Shown here piece after piece: positions 53,057 through 62,680 of a stretch of DNA of 64,000 bases. The stretch is from positions 64,001 through 128,000 of the IMG/VR virus record IMGVR_UViG_2522572155_000001; one strand, 5' to 3'. A program made the translations under genes and the position numbers. The notes under the pieces were generated by a model. It worked only from the letters and a program-made list of their open reading frames with translations, made no database searches and was not told where the DNA came from. The stretch comes from a virus. Taxonomy: Duplodnaviria > Caudoviricetes. Numbering within the stretch: position 1 is the first letter of the stretch; each line of letters opens with the position of its first letter.

Positions 53057-55836
53057 CAGCCCGTCTCCACCTTGATAGCGCGCTGGAGCCAGTTGGGCGA
53101 CGTGATGTTGAGATTCGGCGGGTTCGGCGGCGTCGCAGTCGTCGTATCGCGGGTCACACCCTTCTTCGGACCGGTGTTGTTGAAGGCACGGACCATGCCT
53201 GCGGACACATCTGAGCCGGTGTCGGTGAGAGATGCCGGAGCCGAGAGAACCGCCTGCGTAGCAAACCCGCTCTCGTAGTCGAACGAGTGTACGACCTCCT
53301 CCACGTAGCACTGGAGGTTGTGATCGGGGAACGCGACGAGGCCACCGGGGAAGAGTTCAGGCATGAAGGTGAAGGTGAAGGTGGTGGCGAACTGCTGCGC
53401 CCATAGCTGCTGGAAGCGCTGGTAGGCAAGGAACGCCTCGAAGTATGGCGAGCGCACCATCGGCGCCTCTTCGTAGTGCGGACGCACACCATACTTCTGG
53501 AGGAACTTGATGACGTAGCTGCGGTCTAGCTCGCCCTTGGTTGCCTCACGCGTTCCACCGTGGGCAAGGCCGGTGCCAGGATCGACTACCTGAGTCGAGG
53601 TCTTACCGCCCTTCTCCTCCTGCACCTTTAGTTCTTCTGGGATCCTGACGAATCCGCCCTTGAAGGCGTCGAACATCGTGACTACGCCGCCGGACTGAAG
53701 CTTGTCGAGGAAGTTGACCTCAGACGACGTGGCGCCATCCGGTACGATGTCACCAACGACGTAGACATGCGTCGCTAGCGACTCGTCCGACAGCGTGATG
53801 CGGCCGTCGAGAATCTCGATGTCGTCAATCTGCCAGTACGGTGTGCGGTGCTTGAAACCACCAAAGTAGTCGGGGAAGAAGGCGTAGAAGTCACCGTTGG
53901 GTAGCGACATGAAGTTGCGTAGTGACGCCTCGACCACCTGCTGCACGAACGGGAACAATGGCTGATCGTTCATGAGCGACTTCTGTCCCTGTAGGCCGAT
54001 CGCCTCGGCCGTCTGCTCCAGGCTCGGAAAGTTCAGGTAGGCGGCGAACGCGCTGGCCATGGATGTATCGCTACCGCCGCTGGTGGGGGAGGACGACCCG
54101 CCTCCGGTCGTGCTGTCACTGGACGTGCCACTTCCGTCCGCCGGGATGTCGTCGGGGATAGTGCGGCCTGTGAATGCGACGCCGACGTGAACGTGGTTGA
54201 AGTGATTTCCACCCTCAAGGGTTCGCCAGCCCACCTGCACTCGGTGGCCGTACCAGTCGAAGTTCTGTGTGAAGTTGAGCTTCCCGCTCATGGCCATGTT
54301 GCGAGCGTCGCTCTGCGAGTACCCGAGGAGCCGCAGTGCGGCTGTAGCGATGTTGTCACCCTTGGATGCGGCCGCCGAGTCGCTTCGCGCGTCGCCACCT
54401 ACGAGGATGTCGGCCGCGTCTCCCGTGTAGTGGTCCGAGACGTTGCCGCTCGTTGTGAACTGGTCGTGGTTCGTGCCGAAACCGACGACGATCTGTTCGT
54501 TGGTAAGACCAGCGAGCACGCTGAGGAACTGCTTGATCGGGTCGCGCATCGGCTTCCCAGGCAGGTTGGCTCCGGGTGCGGCGCTCCAGTTTCCCTTATC
54601 AAGGTTCTTCGTCTTCGTCGTGGCGTCGGGCGCCGCACCCCGGGTCGTCGGATCGGTTGGGTCGTCGTGCGCGCCAGGCACCTGAGTGCCTCCAAGGTCC
54701 TTGGGTGCGGCATTCATTGCCGCGAACAGAGCCGGGTAGCCACCGGGGTTCCATGGGGTACTCGCGATGGCGCTCGCGATGTCGGGGACACTGCCGTTCT
54801 TGAGCGCCTTCAAGATTGCGCCGTAGCGGCCGTTATTCAGCGTCTTCACTGTTGCCTGGAGGCCCTGCGACCAGGACGTATAGATTTTGATATCACCCTG
54901 CAAGCCTGTGTTCCCCGCGCCGGGCATGGGCTCGGTTGTGTTGAGAGGGTTGTACCGCGCGTCGTTGATCCAGTGCCCTCCTTCGGCCTTCTCCCACCCG
55001 ACCAGCGCCTGCATGTTGTCGTTGTTCTGCTGGATCCCGAGCGACTTCAGCAGCGCCGCAGCCCAGGTTGCTTCGGTGTAGCCTCCGTCCGGCGTCGCCG
55101 GGACGGTGCCGCTGGCCTGCCCGGTGTCACCGGAGCCACCACCCTGGCCGTACCCCCCGGGGCCGAGCAACTTCGAGAGGAGCGCATCCACCTGGTCCTT
55201 TACGGCGTCATTGCTCGACGCGAGTTCGCTGTAGATCGCCGTCATGCGGTCCTTGATCCTGGACGGCAGCGCTTCGATGTAGATGTCCTGAGAGTCCCAA
55301 TTCCCGACGTGCTTGAGGATCGCGAATAGCAGGGCTCCCATCGATCCGTCGGTAAGCTGCTTGTTGCTTGCTTCGCCTAGGGTCTTCGAGATTGCGTCTG
55401 AGTTGAACAGGGTGCCCGTCTGCGGGTTGACGTTCCATCCGTACTTCGCGAGGAAGCCGTTCTGGACGTAGGGGAGGGCCGGGTCCCAGAATGTGTTCAG
55501 CAGCCGCTTGAGAGTGCACGACGCGGTAATCTTGATCGTCCCGGGGTAGAGCACCATCGCGTCCGCAGTGTCGAGGTACCCCGTGAACGCTTGCACGGGG
55601 TAGCCCTTCAGGCGCGTGAGGTACACCGTAATTGCGTCCATAGGATGGAACGTCGGGAACCCGGGCGCAGTCCAGATCAGGTTCGGATTGCGAAGCTCTA
55701 GTTCCAGCGTGGAAGCGGCGTTGACGCGACGGTGAACGTTGCCGCTTACGATGTAGTCGGAGATATCGAGCCCGTCCGGGAACTTGTCGGTGCGGACGTA
55801 GGCGTACACCTTGGGGCTGTAGACGAGGCGACGCAC
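53056..55836 (-). CDS. Baseplate hub/tail-associated peptidoglycan hydrolase
   Basis: 926 aa; lysozyme-like WEKAEG...YNPLNT and peptidase-like SDHYTGDAAD...HFNHVHV. Confidence 0.75.
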   Translation of the reverse strand: MRRLVYSPKVYAYVRTDKFPDGLDISDYIVSGNVHRRVNAASTLELELRNPNLIWTAPGFPTFHPMDAITVYLTRLKGYPVQAFTGYLDTADAMVLYPGTIKITASCTLKRLLNTFWDPALPYVQNGFLAKYGWNVNPQTGTLFNSDAISKTLGEASNKQLTDGSMGALLFAILKHVGNWDSQDIYIEALPSRIKDRMTAIYSELASSNDAVKDQVDALLSKLLGPGGYGQGGGSGDTGQASGTVPATPDGGYTEATWAAALLKSLGIQQNNDNMQALVGWEKAEGGHWINDARYNPLNTTEPMPGAGNTGLQGDIKIYTSWSQGLQATVKTLNNGRYGAILKALKNGSVPDIASAIASTPWNPGGYPALFAAMNAAPKDLGGTQVPGAHDDPTDPTTRGAAPDATTKTKNLDKGNWSAAPGANLPGKPMRDPIKQFLSVLAGLTNEQIVVGFGTNHDQFTTSGNVSDHYTGDAADILVGGDARSDSAAASKGDNIATAALRLLGYSQSDARNMAMSGKLNFTQNFDWYGHRVQVGWRTLEGGNHFNHVHVGVAFTGRTIPDDIPADGSGTSSDSTTGGGSSSPTSGGSDTSMASAFAAYLNFPSLEQTAEAIGLQGQKSLMNDQPLFPFVQQVVEASLRNFMSLPNGDFYAFFPDYFGGFKHRTPYWQIDDIEILDGRITLSDESLATHVYVVGDIVPDGATSSEVNFLDKLQSGGVVTMFDAFKGGFVRIPEELKVQEEKGGKTSTQVVDPGTGLAHGGTREATKGELDRSYVIKFLQKYGVRPHYEEAPMVRSPYFEAFLAYQRFQQLWAQQFATTFTFTFMPELFPGGLVAFPDHNLQCYVEEVVHSFDYESGFATQAVLSAPASLTDTGSDVSAGMVRAFNNTGPKKGVTRDTTTATPPNPPNLNITSPNWLQRAIKVETG

Positions 55837-56561
55837 TAGCCGACCTTCGGGAACAAGTCGGAGCCGTAGCTGGCCAGGGCCTCGTTGATCGCGCCTAGGG
55901 TCGCGTCAGGCGGGTCGGGATCGTCCTCGAAGCGCGGGCCATTCACATCGGTCGCCAGGGAATCTGCACTCCCCTTGGTGATGAAGTCGAGGATGTTCTT
56001 GAGCTTGCGGCCCTTGACCTTTTCGTCGGTCATGAGCCAGGATCGGGCCTTTGACACGATGAAGTCAAACTCCCACTCGGGGGAGAACTGAGCCTTCTGC
56101 GCACCGCGCTGGATTGACTCGATGTACCCGTCCACGATGATCGTCTGCGTGGATCCGCGCATGTTTCGCGCGGCGTCGAAGCCTCGGCCGAGAACCGTGA
56201 GGGTCACGGTCGGCGTCGTCACGTTGTCGTGGTCGCTGTAGAGGATGCTCTTGAGGTGAGAATCACGCACGAACTCTGCGATCCGCTGGTACTGGTAGGA
56301 GTCCCCGCTCTGGCCCTTGACGTTCAAGTGGGGCTGCACGAAGTTGTGCGGATAGAAGTCGCGCTTACGCGCGGACTGCGCTGTGGTCCCGGCCATCTCG
56401 AAGTCAGCCGTAACGTCGGTGACCCAGAGTCCGATGTGATCGCCAGACTGGTTTATCAGGACGGCATTGCCTCCGTTTGTCTCCGGAGTCGTCCGTGCCC
56501 ACCTGACCGCGTACCCCTTAGCGATGCTTCCGTTGCGTCCGTCGTACTTCCACTCAGGCAT
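55836..56561 (-). CDS. Tail/baseplate protein
   Basis: Start reassigned to ATG 56561 (TAATG overlap). Confidence 0.65.
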   Translation of the reverse strand: MPEWKYDGRNGSIAKGYAVRWARTTPETNGGNAVLINQSGDHIGLWVTDVTADFEMAGTTAQSARKRDFYPHNFVQPHLNVKGQSGDSYQYQRIAEFVRDSHLKSILYSDHDNVTTPTVTLTVLGRGFDAARNMRGSTQTIIVDGYIESIQRGAQKAQFSPEWEFDFIVSKARSWLMTDEKVKGRKLKNILDFITKGSADSLATDVNGPRFEDDPDPPDATLGAINEALASYGSDLFPKVG

Positions 56562-57313
56562 TACGGTGTCTCCACGGTTCCGCGACCGTTGTCGTCGGTT
56601 GCGATTCCAGTGTTGTTGCCCGGGAGTGCGGTTCCCTCGTTGGCGAGGAAGGCAGGCTTGGAGTAGTCGGCGTGCAAGTCCTCGAAGTCGCCGTTGGCGT
56701 AACTGTCGATGAGCTTGGTGTAGTAGTCGCCCAACTCCCCGAGCGTCTCCTTCGTCTTGGCGTTCGCGTCCGAGTCTCCGCCAAACGGGGAGGAGAAGGG
56801 GTTGTCCTCGATGTATCCGATGTCCCCCGTGACGCGGTTGAACTGAGTCGTGTCGATCCCCGTCGTCTGGACGAGCCACTTCAGCGCGTCGTTCATCTTG
56901 CGATCGCCCTCAATCACGGCTGCTTCCATACGCCACACGGGAGCAACTACGTCGCGTCCGTAGTGGAACTGGGGGAGCCGCTTGGGCATGATGTGGAGGT
57001 GCCAATCTCGGTGGGAGTACTCGAACGTGACCGGCGTCTGGTCAAACCCGCCGCTCTGGGTGGCGAACTGGAGGTAGGAGAGGAACCAGGTGTAGATCGC
57101 TTCGATCTGGCGATACGATCTGACGGTGCCTGTGATGGTCAGGTCTGTCGTGTAGGCAGAGAGAATCTGCACGACCTCGCCACCGTAGGTCGGGAACGTC
57201 TTCGTGTTCAGGCCGTAGCCCCAGGTGATCTCGTCGGCGCCGGTCGTCACTGTAAGCGGACCGAGCGTTTCGTTCACATGTGCCTGGGAGAAGGTTACGT
57301 TGACTGCGCTCAT
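56561..57313 (-). CDS. Tail tube initiator-like protein
   Basis: 250 aa directly after the tape measure gene. Confidence 0.6.
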   Translation of the reverse strand: MSAVNVTFSQAHVNETLGPLTVTTGADEITWGYGLNTKTFPTYGGEVVQILSAYTTDLTITGTVRSYRQIEAIYTWFLSYLQFATQSGGFDQTPVTFEYSHRDWHLHIMPKRLPQFHYGRDVVAPVWRMEAAVIEGDRKMNDALKWLVQTTGIDTTQFNRVTGDIGYIEDNPFSSPFGGDSDANAKTKETLGELGDYYTKLIDSYANGDFEDLHADYSKPAFLANEGTALPGNNTGIATDDNGRGTVETP

Positions 57314-59373
57314 CGGGTCTGGTCCGGCGTCATGACCCGCCTGGACAGTGCCTGCGGATCGAGGTTCGGAACCTGCGTGTAGTCTGACCGGTTGCGAACC
57401 GCTGTGCCTCCGGCGCGTGCGATGCTCTCTAGCGCGTTCTTGCCGTAGTCGGAGTCATCCACGGATACCACCTTCAGGAGCTTCGATGCATCGTCGGTGA
57501 GTCCGACCGTGACCTTGGTACCTGCCGTGTCCTCGTTGTCCTGTTCGGCCTTCTTCGCCATGATGTCCTTCACGGCGTCCATCCGCTTCTGCGCTGCGTC
57601 CTTCGCCGAAGTGTGCGAACCGACCCTTCCCGCCTCCGCGATCTTCTTGATCTCGTCGCCGGAGAAGATGTTCTTGCCGTCAGCGTCCTTTGCGCCGTGC
57701 AGGTACTTGCTGAGGTCACCCCAGGTGGACACGCCGTCCGTGGTGCTCGCGAACTTCCCGTTGAGGATGTTCGCTGCCGCTGTCTTGTCACCTCGCTTGA
57801 GTGCCGCCTCCACCTGCTGCTGCTGTCCCTCTACAAAGTTCTCTACCTTGGCTCCGGCGACATCGCGCGGGCGGTTGCGCTCCATCTCCTTGATGACCTC
57901 GGGGCTTACTCCAAGCTGCGCGGCGACCTGGGCCACGCCCTGGTCGTAGCCTGTGACCCGGGTGACAGCGCCGGTTTCCCTATCCGTGTACGTCTTAGTT
58001 CCGAAGCCGGAGAACATCCCGATCATGCGGTGCACGGAGTCGGAGTTCATCTGGAGGCGCTGGCCAGCGGTTAGTGCCCCCTGCGCCTGCGGTAGGAGCC
58101 CGTACTTCGACATACCCATCGCCTGAACGAACCCGTTCTCGGAGAGGCTCTGCTGGATACGCGGGTCCATGCCCGTGATCGCGGCTGACTGCACGGCGAA
58201 GTTCGCGCCCTGGGCGAACGTTCCGCCCATCTTCTGGGTAGCGTTGCCGATCTCGATTAGCTGCTGCTGGAGATCCTTGAAGTTGACGCCTGCTGCGCGA
58301 GCCGCCTCGGGGACGTCCTTCAGGGTGTTGACGAACTCCTTGACGGAGGTCGCGCCATATCGAGTCGCCTGGTCGATGGCCTCGGCGTTCATGCCCGTGT
58401 CCATGCCCGGATAACGCTGCTTCATGTACTTCAGGCCCTCGTACATGCGGTCGCGCGCGCCACCCTCGACCCACCCACGGCCGTAAAGCTGCTGCCTGAT
58501 CTCCTTAGAGTCGTTGCGCGAGAACCCGGGAGAGAATACGGACGAGGCCCAGTCCTTAGCCGACTCCGTGATGCCGTGCCTACCTGCTTCGGAGAACAAG
58601 CCGGAGCCGGGCAGAAGGAACCCGAATCCAGAGGTGCCCACGAGCGGAATCTTGTCGAAGAACCCTGTCCCGTCGATCTGATCGGCGCGTCCCCATCCGG
58701 CTTCCGCGTTCTGTTCCGCTGTCCCTTGACCCATCCGGGCGTTCAGCGCGCGGTTGAGGAACCAGGTCTGTGCGGCCTGAGCGCCGAAATTGCTATTGAC
58801 GAACTGCTTGCCTCGGCGCCCCCACGGTCCGTTGATCTGGTACCGAAGCCAGTCCTGCCAGCCACCACCACCTGGACCCGGTCCTCCCGGTCCTCCGGGT
58901 CCTCCACCGCCGTAGCCACCGCCGCCGCCGCCGCCACCACCACCACCCCCGCCGGTAGTCGCCCAGCCGCCGCCCCCGTATGGGACGGGCATTACCTCCG
59001 TAGGCACCACGTCAGCATCGGCGTACTCAGCCGCCTGAGCGAGCTTCGCCGCCGTGGCTACCGCGCGCGAGCCGTAGAACGACAGAGGAACGATATCGGT
59101 GGAGTACTTCGCCTGTTCCCGCATTGTCTCTTGCCCCGATGAGGCGTGTTCCATGCTTGGCTTGCCCGTGCCCTCAGCCTTCGCGCGAGAGGCGTTGGCG
59201 AACTGCTCTGACATGGCCGCATGTGCGTCAAGAGTCCCCGGCGTGCTCACGCGGGACATCGCTGCCAGGGAGGCGTTGATGCCCTTCAACTGGATGATGA
59301 ACTCCTGCATAGCCGCCCCGGACTGCTGACTCAGAAGAGACAGTGAGATATCGATCTGGTTGTCGGCAGGCAT
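57310..59373 (-). CDS. Tape measure protein
   Basis: 687 aa, Ala/Gly/Gln-rich with poly-Gly tract; follows tail assembly chaperones. Confidence 0.75.
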   Translation of the reverse strand: MPADNQIDISLSLLSQQSGAAMQEFIIQLKGINASLAAMSRVSTPGTLDAHAAMSEQFANASRAKAEGTGKPSMEHASSGQETMREQAKYSTDIVPLSFYGSRAVATAAKLAQAAEYADADVVPTEVMPVPYGGGGWATTGGGGGGGGGGGGGYGGGGPGGPGGPGPGGGGWQDWLRYQINGPWGRRGKQFVNSNFGAQAAQTWFLNRALNARMGQGTAEQNAEAGWGRADQIDGTGFFDKIPLVGTSGFGFLLPGSGLFSEAGRHGITESAKDWASSVFSPGFSRNDSKEIRQQLYGRGWVEGGARDRMYEGLKYMKQRYPGMDTGMNAEAIDQATRYGATSVKEFVNTLKDVPEAARAAGVNFKDLQQQLIEIGNATQKMGGTFAQGANFAVQSAAITGMDPRIQQSLSENGFVQAMGMSKYGLLPQAQGALTAGQRLQMNSDSVHRMIGMFSGFGTKTYTDRETGAVTRVTGYDQGVAQVAAQLGVSPEVIKEMERNRPRDVAGAKVENFVEGQQQQVEAALKRGDKTAAANILNGKFASTTDGVSTWGDLSKYLHGAKDADGKNIFSGDEIKKIAEAGRVGSHTSAKDAAQKRMDAVKDIMAKKAEQDNEDTAGTKVTVGLTDDASKLLKVVSVDDSDYGKNALESIARAGGTAVRNRSDYTQVPNLDPQALSRRVMTPDQTR

Positions 59374-59401
59374 GTGTACTGGTTACGTGTAGGATGGGCA
59401 C

Positions 59402-59431
59402 TTGATCTACAGGACTCGCCCGTGATAGACT
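59402..59431 (+). promoter_or_regulatory. SigA-type promoter (leaderless transcript)
   Basis: TTGATC-N18-TAGACT with extended -10 TGn; GTG 6 nt downstream. Confidence 0.55.
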
Positions 59432-59437
59432 CGTGTC

Positions 59438-59632
59438 GTGAACGAGAACAACGATGGACTTCCAGGCCACATCCTTTTTGCGTGCATCGTCGTCTTCTGC
59501 ATTGCCATACCGGTGATGATCCCGTTCTTTCTCATGATGTTCGCGGCGGTGACGGTGGCCCACTTTGGGTGGCCCCCGTTGAAGCGCCGGATTGATGACT
59601 GGCTGGATCGCCAGCAGCGCCGGTACCGCTAG
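59438..59632 (+). CDS. Small membrane protein antisense to the tail operon
   Basis: 64 aa; long hydrophobic stretch and basic tail. Confidence 0.6.
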   Translation: MNENNDGLPGHILFACIVVFCIAIPVMIPFFLMMFAAVTVAHFGWPPLKRRIDDWLDRQQRRYR

Positions 59633-59997
59633 TCGTCTAGCTCGAAGACCCCACTGGCGGCGGCCTGCTCCAGCATCGCCTTGAACTCCGGCGAGCCAGG
59701 CTGAACCCAGTCCACGTCCTCGTCGGCGGGGAACTCCTCGTCCTCGTTCTTCTTGCCGTAGAGGGCCTTCCACATCTCCGGACTGTTGGCGAAGACCATG
59801 CCCTCGATACCGGCTTCCAGGGCGCTACCGATGAGTTCTCCGCGTTCCTCGTGCTCGGCGTTCATCAGCCGAGACACGTAGAACATCTGGAGACGTCCTA
59901 GGCCGCCTCGGGGGCCAGTTCGTCGGTCGAGATACCCAAGTCGCTCAACGAACTGAGCCCTGGCAAGAAAGGCGCCGGGCTCGGCACGTGAAAATCC
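59629..59997 (-). CDS. Tail assembly chaperone, -1 frameshift extension
   Basis: -1 frame is open from GGATTTT (59997-59991) into ORF 59629-59886. Confidence 0.7.
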   Translation of the reverse strand, partial: GFSRAEPGAFLARAQFVERLGYLDRRTGPRGGLGRLQMFYVSRLMNAEHEERGELIGSALEAGIEGMVFANSPEMWKALYGKKNEDEEFPADEDVDWVQPGSPEFKAMLEQAAASGVFELDD

Positions 59998-60392
59998 TGC
60001 ATCGCCTCCCTGGCCGCCAACTCGCGACGCTGTAGGGTGACGAACTCAGTGAACAGACGCTCCCCGAGCGTCCAGGTGTAGGTGCTGGTCCAGTAGCGGA
60101 AGCGCGCACGCGCGAACTCCACAGCGTCTACCTGGACGCGCGGGCAGTAGTCGTGCTTGCCGTCGATCGCATCCACAGAGAGGGCGATGTTCGCCCATGC
60201 CCAGGACTTTGCCTGGGCCAGCGTCTCGACATACTCCTTCGTGACGACGGCGGCGGCAAGCTCCTCGTCGCCCTTGAGGGTCCGCATGGTGTAGGCGCTG
60301 CCCCACACGCGGTACTCGTCGGAGATGTACCCGTACATCTCTAGCTGTTCGATGTCCTTCTGGACATCTTCGGGAATGGCTTCGAAGCTCAC
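59898..60392 (-). CDS. Tail assembly chaperone
   Basis: 164 aa between tail tube and tape measure. Confidence 0.78.
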   Translation of the reverse strand: MSFEAIPEDVQKDIEQLEMYGYISDEYRVWGSAYTMRTLKGDEELAAAVVTKEYVETLAQAKSWAWANIALSVDAIDGKHDYCPRVQVDAVEFARARFRYWTSTYTWTLGERLFTEFVTLQRRELAAREAMQDFHVPSPAPFLPGLSSLSDLGISTDELAPEAA

Positions 60393-60416
60393 TGGACTCT
60401 TTCGTTGACAGAACTA

Positions 60417-60449
60417 GGAAAGCCCTCCGGAGAGGGCCTTCGGAGGGAC
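60417..60449 (-). terminator. Probable terminator after tail tube gene
   Basis: CCCTCCG...CGGAGGG-CTTT. Confidence 0.55.
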
Positions 60450-61076
60450 TTAGGAGGTTGCGAAGAGGTTGGCGGACGGCACGCCCTTGACGATCTTGCC
60501 GTTGCTGATGTTCCAACCCTGAGGCGGACTCCACGCAGGAGCGTTGTCGTTACGGCCACCGCGCGTGAGATGCGTGTACATGAAGGTCACTTGCTTCATG
60601 ACCTGGAGGGTGGAGACATCGATCGTTTCGCCGTCTGCTACATCGGAGATGACGACGTTGTGATACTCCTCGGTGTACGCTGCGGGCTTAGTGCCATTTA
60701 GACTCGGCGGGGCGACGTACTTGACCATCGTGATCGGGCTGGCCGTGTTGGCTACCCTCTGGAAAATCTCCACGATGTCCACTGCGCCTGCGATGGTGGA
60801 TAGTTCATCCCACACGCGCTGGCCGTAGCGCTCGAATAGCTCGACCACAATCGTGCCCGGTCCCATCGCGGCCGGAGTGACAATCTCAACGGCGTACGGG
60901 GAGTCCATGGGGTGGATCGGGGTCGCCGCAGCTACCGGGCGGCCAGTTGTGTGCTGAATTTGGTGCGCGAAGCCGATTAGCGTGTCGTTGAAGTGCAGGT
61001 ACGTGAAGCCGGAGCCACCCACGCGCGTACGGGCTGTACGCACGCTGACGTCAGATGTTGCGGTAGAGAGTGCCAT
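60450..61076 (-). CDS. Tail tube protein
   Basis: 208 aa directly after sheath. Confidence 0.75.
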   Translation of the reverse strand: MALSTATSDVSVRTARTRVGGSGFTYLHFNDTLIGFAHQIQHTTGRPVAAATPIHPMDSPYAVEIVTPAAMGPGTIVVELFERYGQRVWDELSTIAGAVDIVEIFQRVANTASPITMVKYVAPPSLNGTKPAAYTEEYHNVVISDVADGETIDVSTLQVMKQVTFMYTHLTRGGRNDNAPAWSPPQGWNISNGKIVKGVPSANLFATS

Positions 61077-61090
61077 ATGTCAGTTGCCCT

Positions 61091-62629
61091 TTAGGAGGTG
61101 ACGACGTTCTCGACACCCGTGGAGGACAGGTCGATGGAGAACTTGATGTTGACGTAGTTGACCGGGAACGCCGGGAGGTAGGAGAACCGCACTTCGAAGG
61201 TCGTAGGCTGCGCGGTAAGCTGCCTCACCTGCACATTGCCGTAGTTCACGATGGTCTGGTCGCCACGGAGTGCCTCCAGCACTCCGATGATGGTGGACTT
61301 GATCGTGTACGGGGCCTGCGCATCGGCGATGATCTTGCCGATGATCTTTGTGTCTACAGTCGTACGCAGTGACTCCACCATCCGGTGCTGGGAGCGGACT
61401 ACCGATACTTCCTGGTACTGCTCTGCCGTCGTGTCGAGCGTGATGCCGTGACGGACGAACAGCCCGTTGCCCTTCTGCTCGATGACCATGAGGCCCGCCG
61501 CTGCGTCGTCGTTCTTGTCCTGCTTCGAGCGCGTGTCGGTAGCCGAGAGGAACCCGGAAATCTGCGAACGTGTGAGGCTTTGCTGCGTCGGGCGAGACGC
61601 GAGCATCCCGGCGATGGCCGCCGCCATGTACTGAGCGCCGACCGGTACCGTGCCGCCAACTGAGTCAGGACGCGGGCGCAGGAAGGAGGCGGTGTTGATG
61701 AGGACGGACTGTCGGGCTAGCTCGCCGCCGTAGCGTGCTGCGAGAGCACCCGCGTCGTTGCGGAGACTGGTCTTCGTCGCGTAGTTCACCGCGTCTGCCG
61801 TACGATCCTCACCGAAGATGGTGACCGAGTACTGGTCGTTGTCCTTGAGGAACTTCATGTGGTCCTGGAACTTCTGGGCGATTCCAATCCAGGTGGTGTT
61901 GTCGATGCCTTCTACGGTGCTCTGCCCGACGACCGGGACGAAGACGTTGATGTCCTCGATGTCACGCAGGCCGTAGAGCGTGTCCGACCACACGGCAGGG
62001 TTCGATGTCGCCTTAGCCGTGGAGGACGTGCCGATGATCGGTGCCTCCTTCGCCGTAGCGACGTTCCCCGGCGTGGAGCGGGTGTACAGCGGCTGGCAGA
62101 TGACGAACCGTGCGCCGTTCTCTAGGGCGACCTGCGCAGCGTAGGTAAGCTGCGAGAAGATCGCACCGTTCTTCCATGCCGGGCCGAAACGATCAGCGAT
62201 AGACCCGAGGTCTTCAAGCAAGATCGCGTCGAAGTAGTCGGAGGGGACGTACTGGTACGTGACGGCAACGAGGGTGTGGTCCGGAATCTTGCCGTCGCCG
62301 CCACTCGGGGCCACACGACTGATCGTCTTCGCCGTCAGGTCAACGGTGTAGTCGTTGGCCGAGCGGTAGGTGCCATCGAGATTGACTGCCTGGCCAGGAT
62401 ACAGTACGTCGGCAACCGAGGTGACACCGACCAGGACAGCACCCGCCGGTAGTCCGGGGAGCGGCGTCGGCGTCGTGCCGCTGAGCAGAATGTCGGGGTC
62501 CACCCGCGCAACGAAGCCCTGAGCAGAACCAACTACGGCAACGCTCGCGGGGACCGCTAGTAGGGGGGATACGTTCGGTGAGACATCTTCGTCTACCGTT
62601 ACGCCAGGGGGTCGATAAGCAAGTGCCAT
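61091..62629 (-). CDS. Tail sheath protein
   Basis: YRPPGVTVDE, AAAIAG, VRHGIT, YLPAFPVNYVNI. Confidence 0.9.
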   Translation of the reverse strand: MALAYRPPGVTVDEDVSPNVSPLLAVPASVAVVGSAQGFVARVDPDILLSGTTPTPLPGLPAGAVLVGVTSVADVLYPGQAVNLDGTYRSANDYTVDLTAKTISRVAPSGGDGKIPDHTLVAVTYQYVPSDYFDAILLEDLGSIADRFGPAWKNGAIFSQLTYAAQVALENGARFVICQPLYTRSTPGNVATAKEAPIIGTSSTAKATSNPAVWSDTLYGLRDIEDINVFVPVVGQSTVEGIDNTTWIGIAQKFQDHMKFLKDNDQYSVTIFGEDRTADAVNYATKTSLRNDAGALAARYGGELARQSVLINTASFLRPRPDSVGGTVPVGAQYMAAAIAGMLASRPTQQSLTRSQISGFLSATDTRSKQDKNDDAAAGLMVIEQKGNGLFVRHGITLDTTAEQYQEVSVVRSQHRMVESLRTTVDTKIIGKIIADAQAPYTIKSTIIGVLEALRGDQTIVNYGNVQVRQLTAQPTTFEVRFSYLPAFPVNYVNIKFSIDLSSTGVENVVTS

Positions 62630-62680
62630 GATCTAGTTAGTCCTCGTATGTTGTGTAGGCGCCGTCTCGGGAAAGTAAGG

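Noticed and set aside
58860-58980. GCC/ACC repeat tract as a DNA repeat element
   Set aside because: Explained by the poly-Gly/Pro linker in the tape measure protein.
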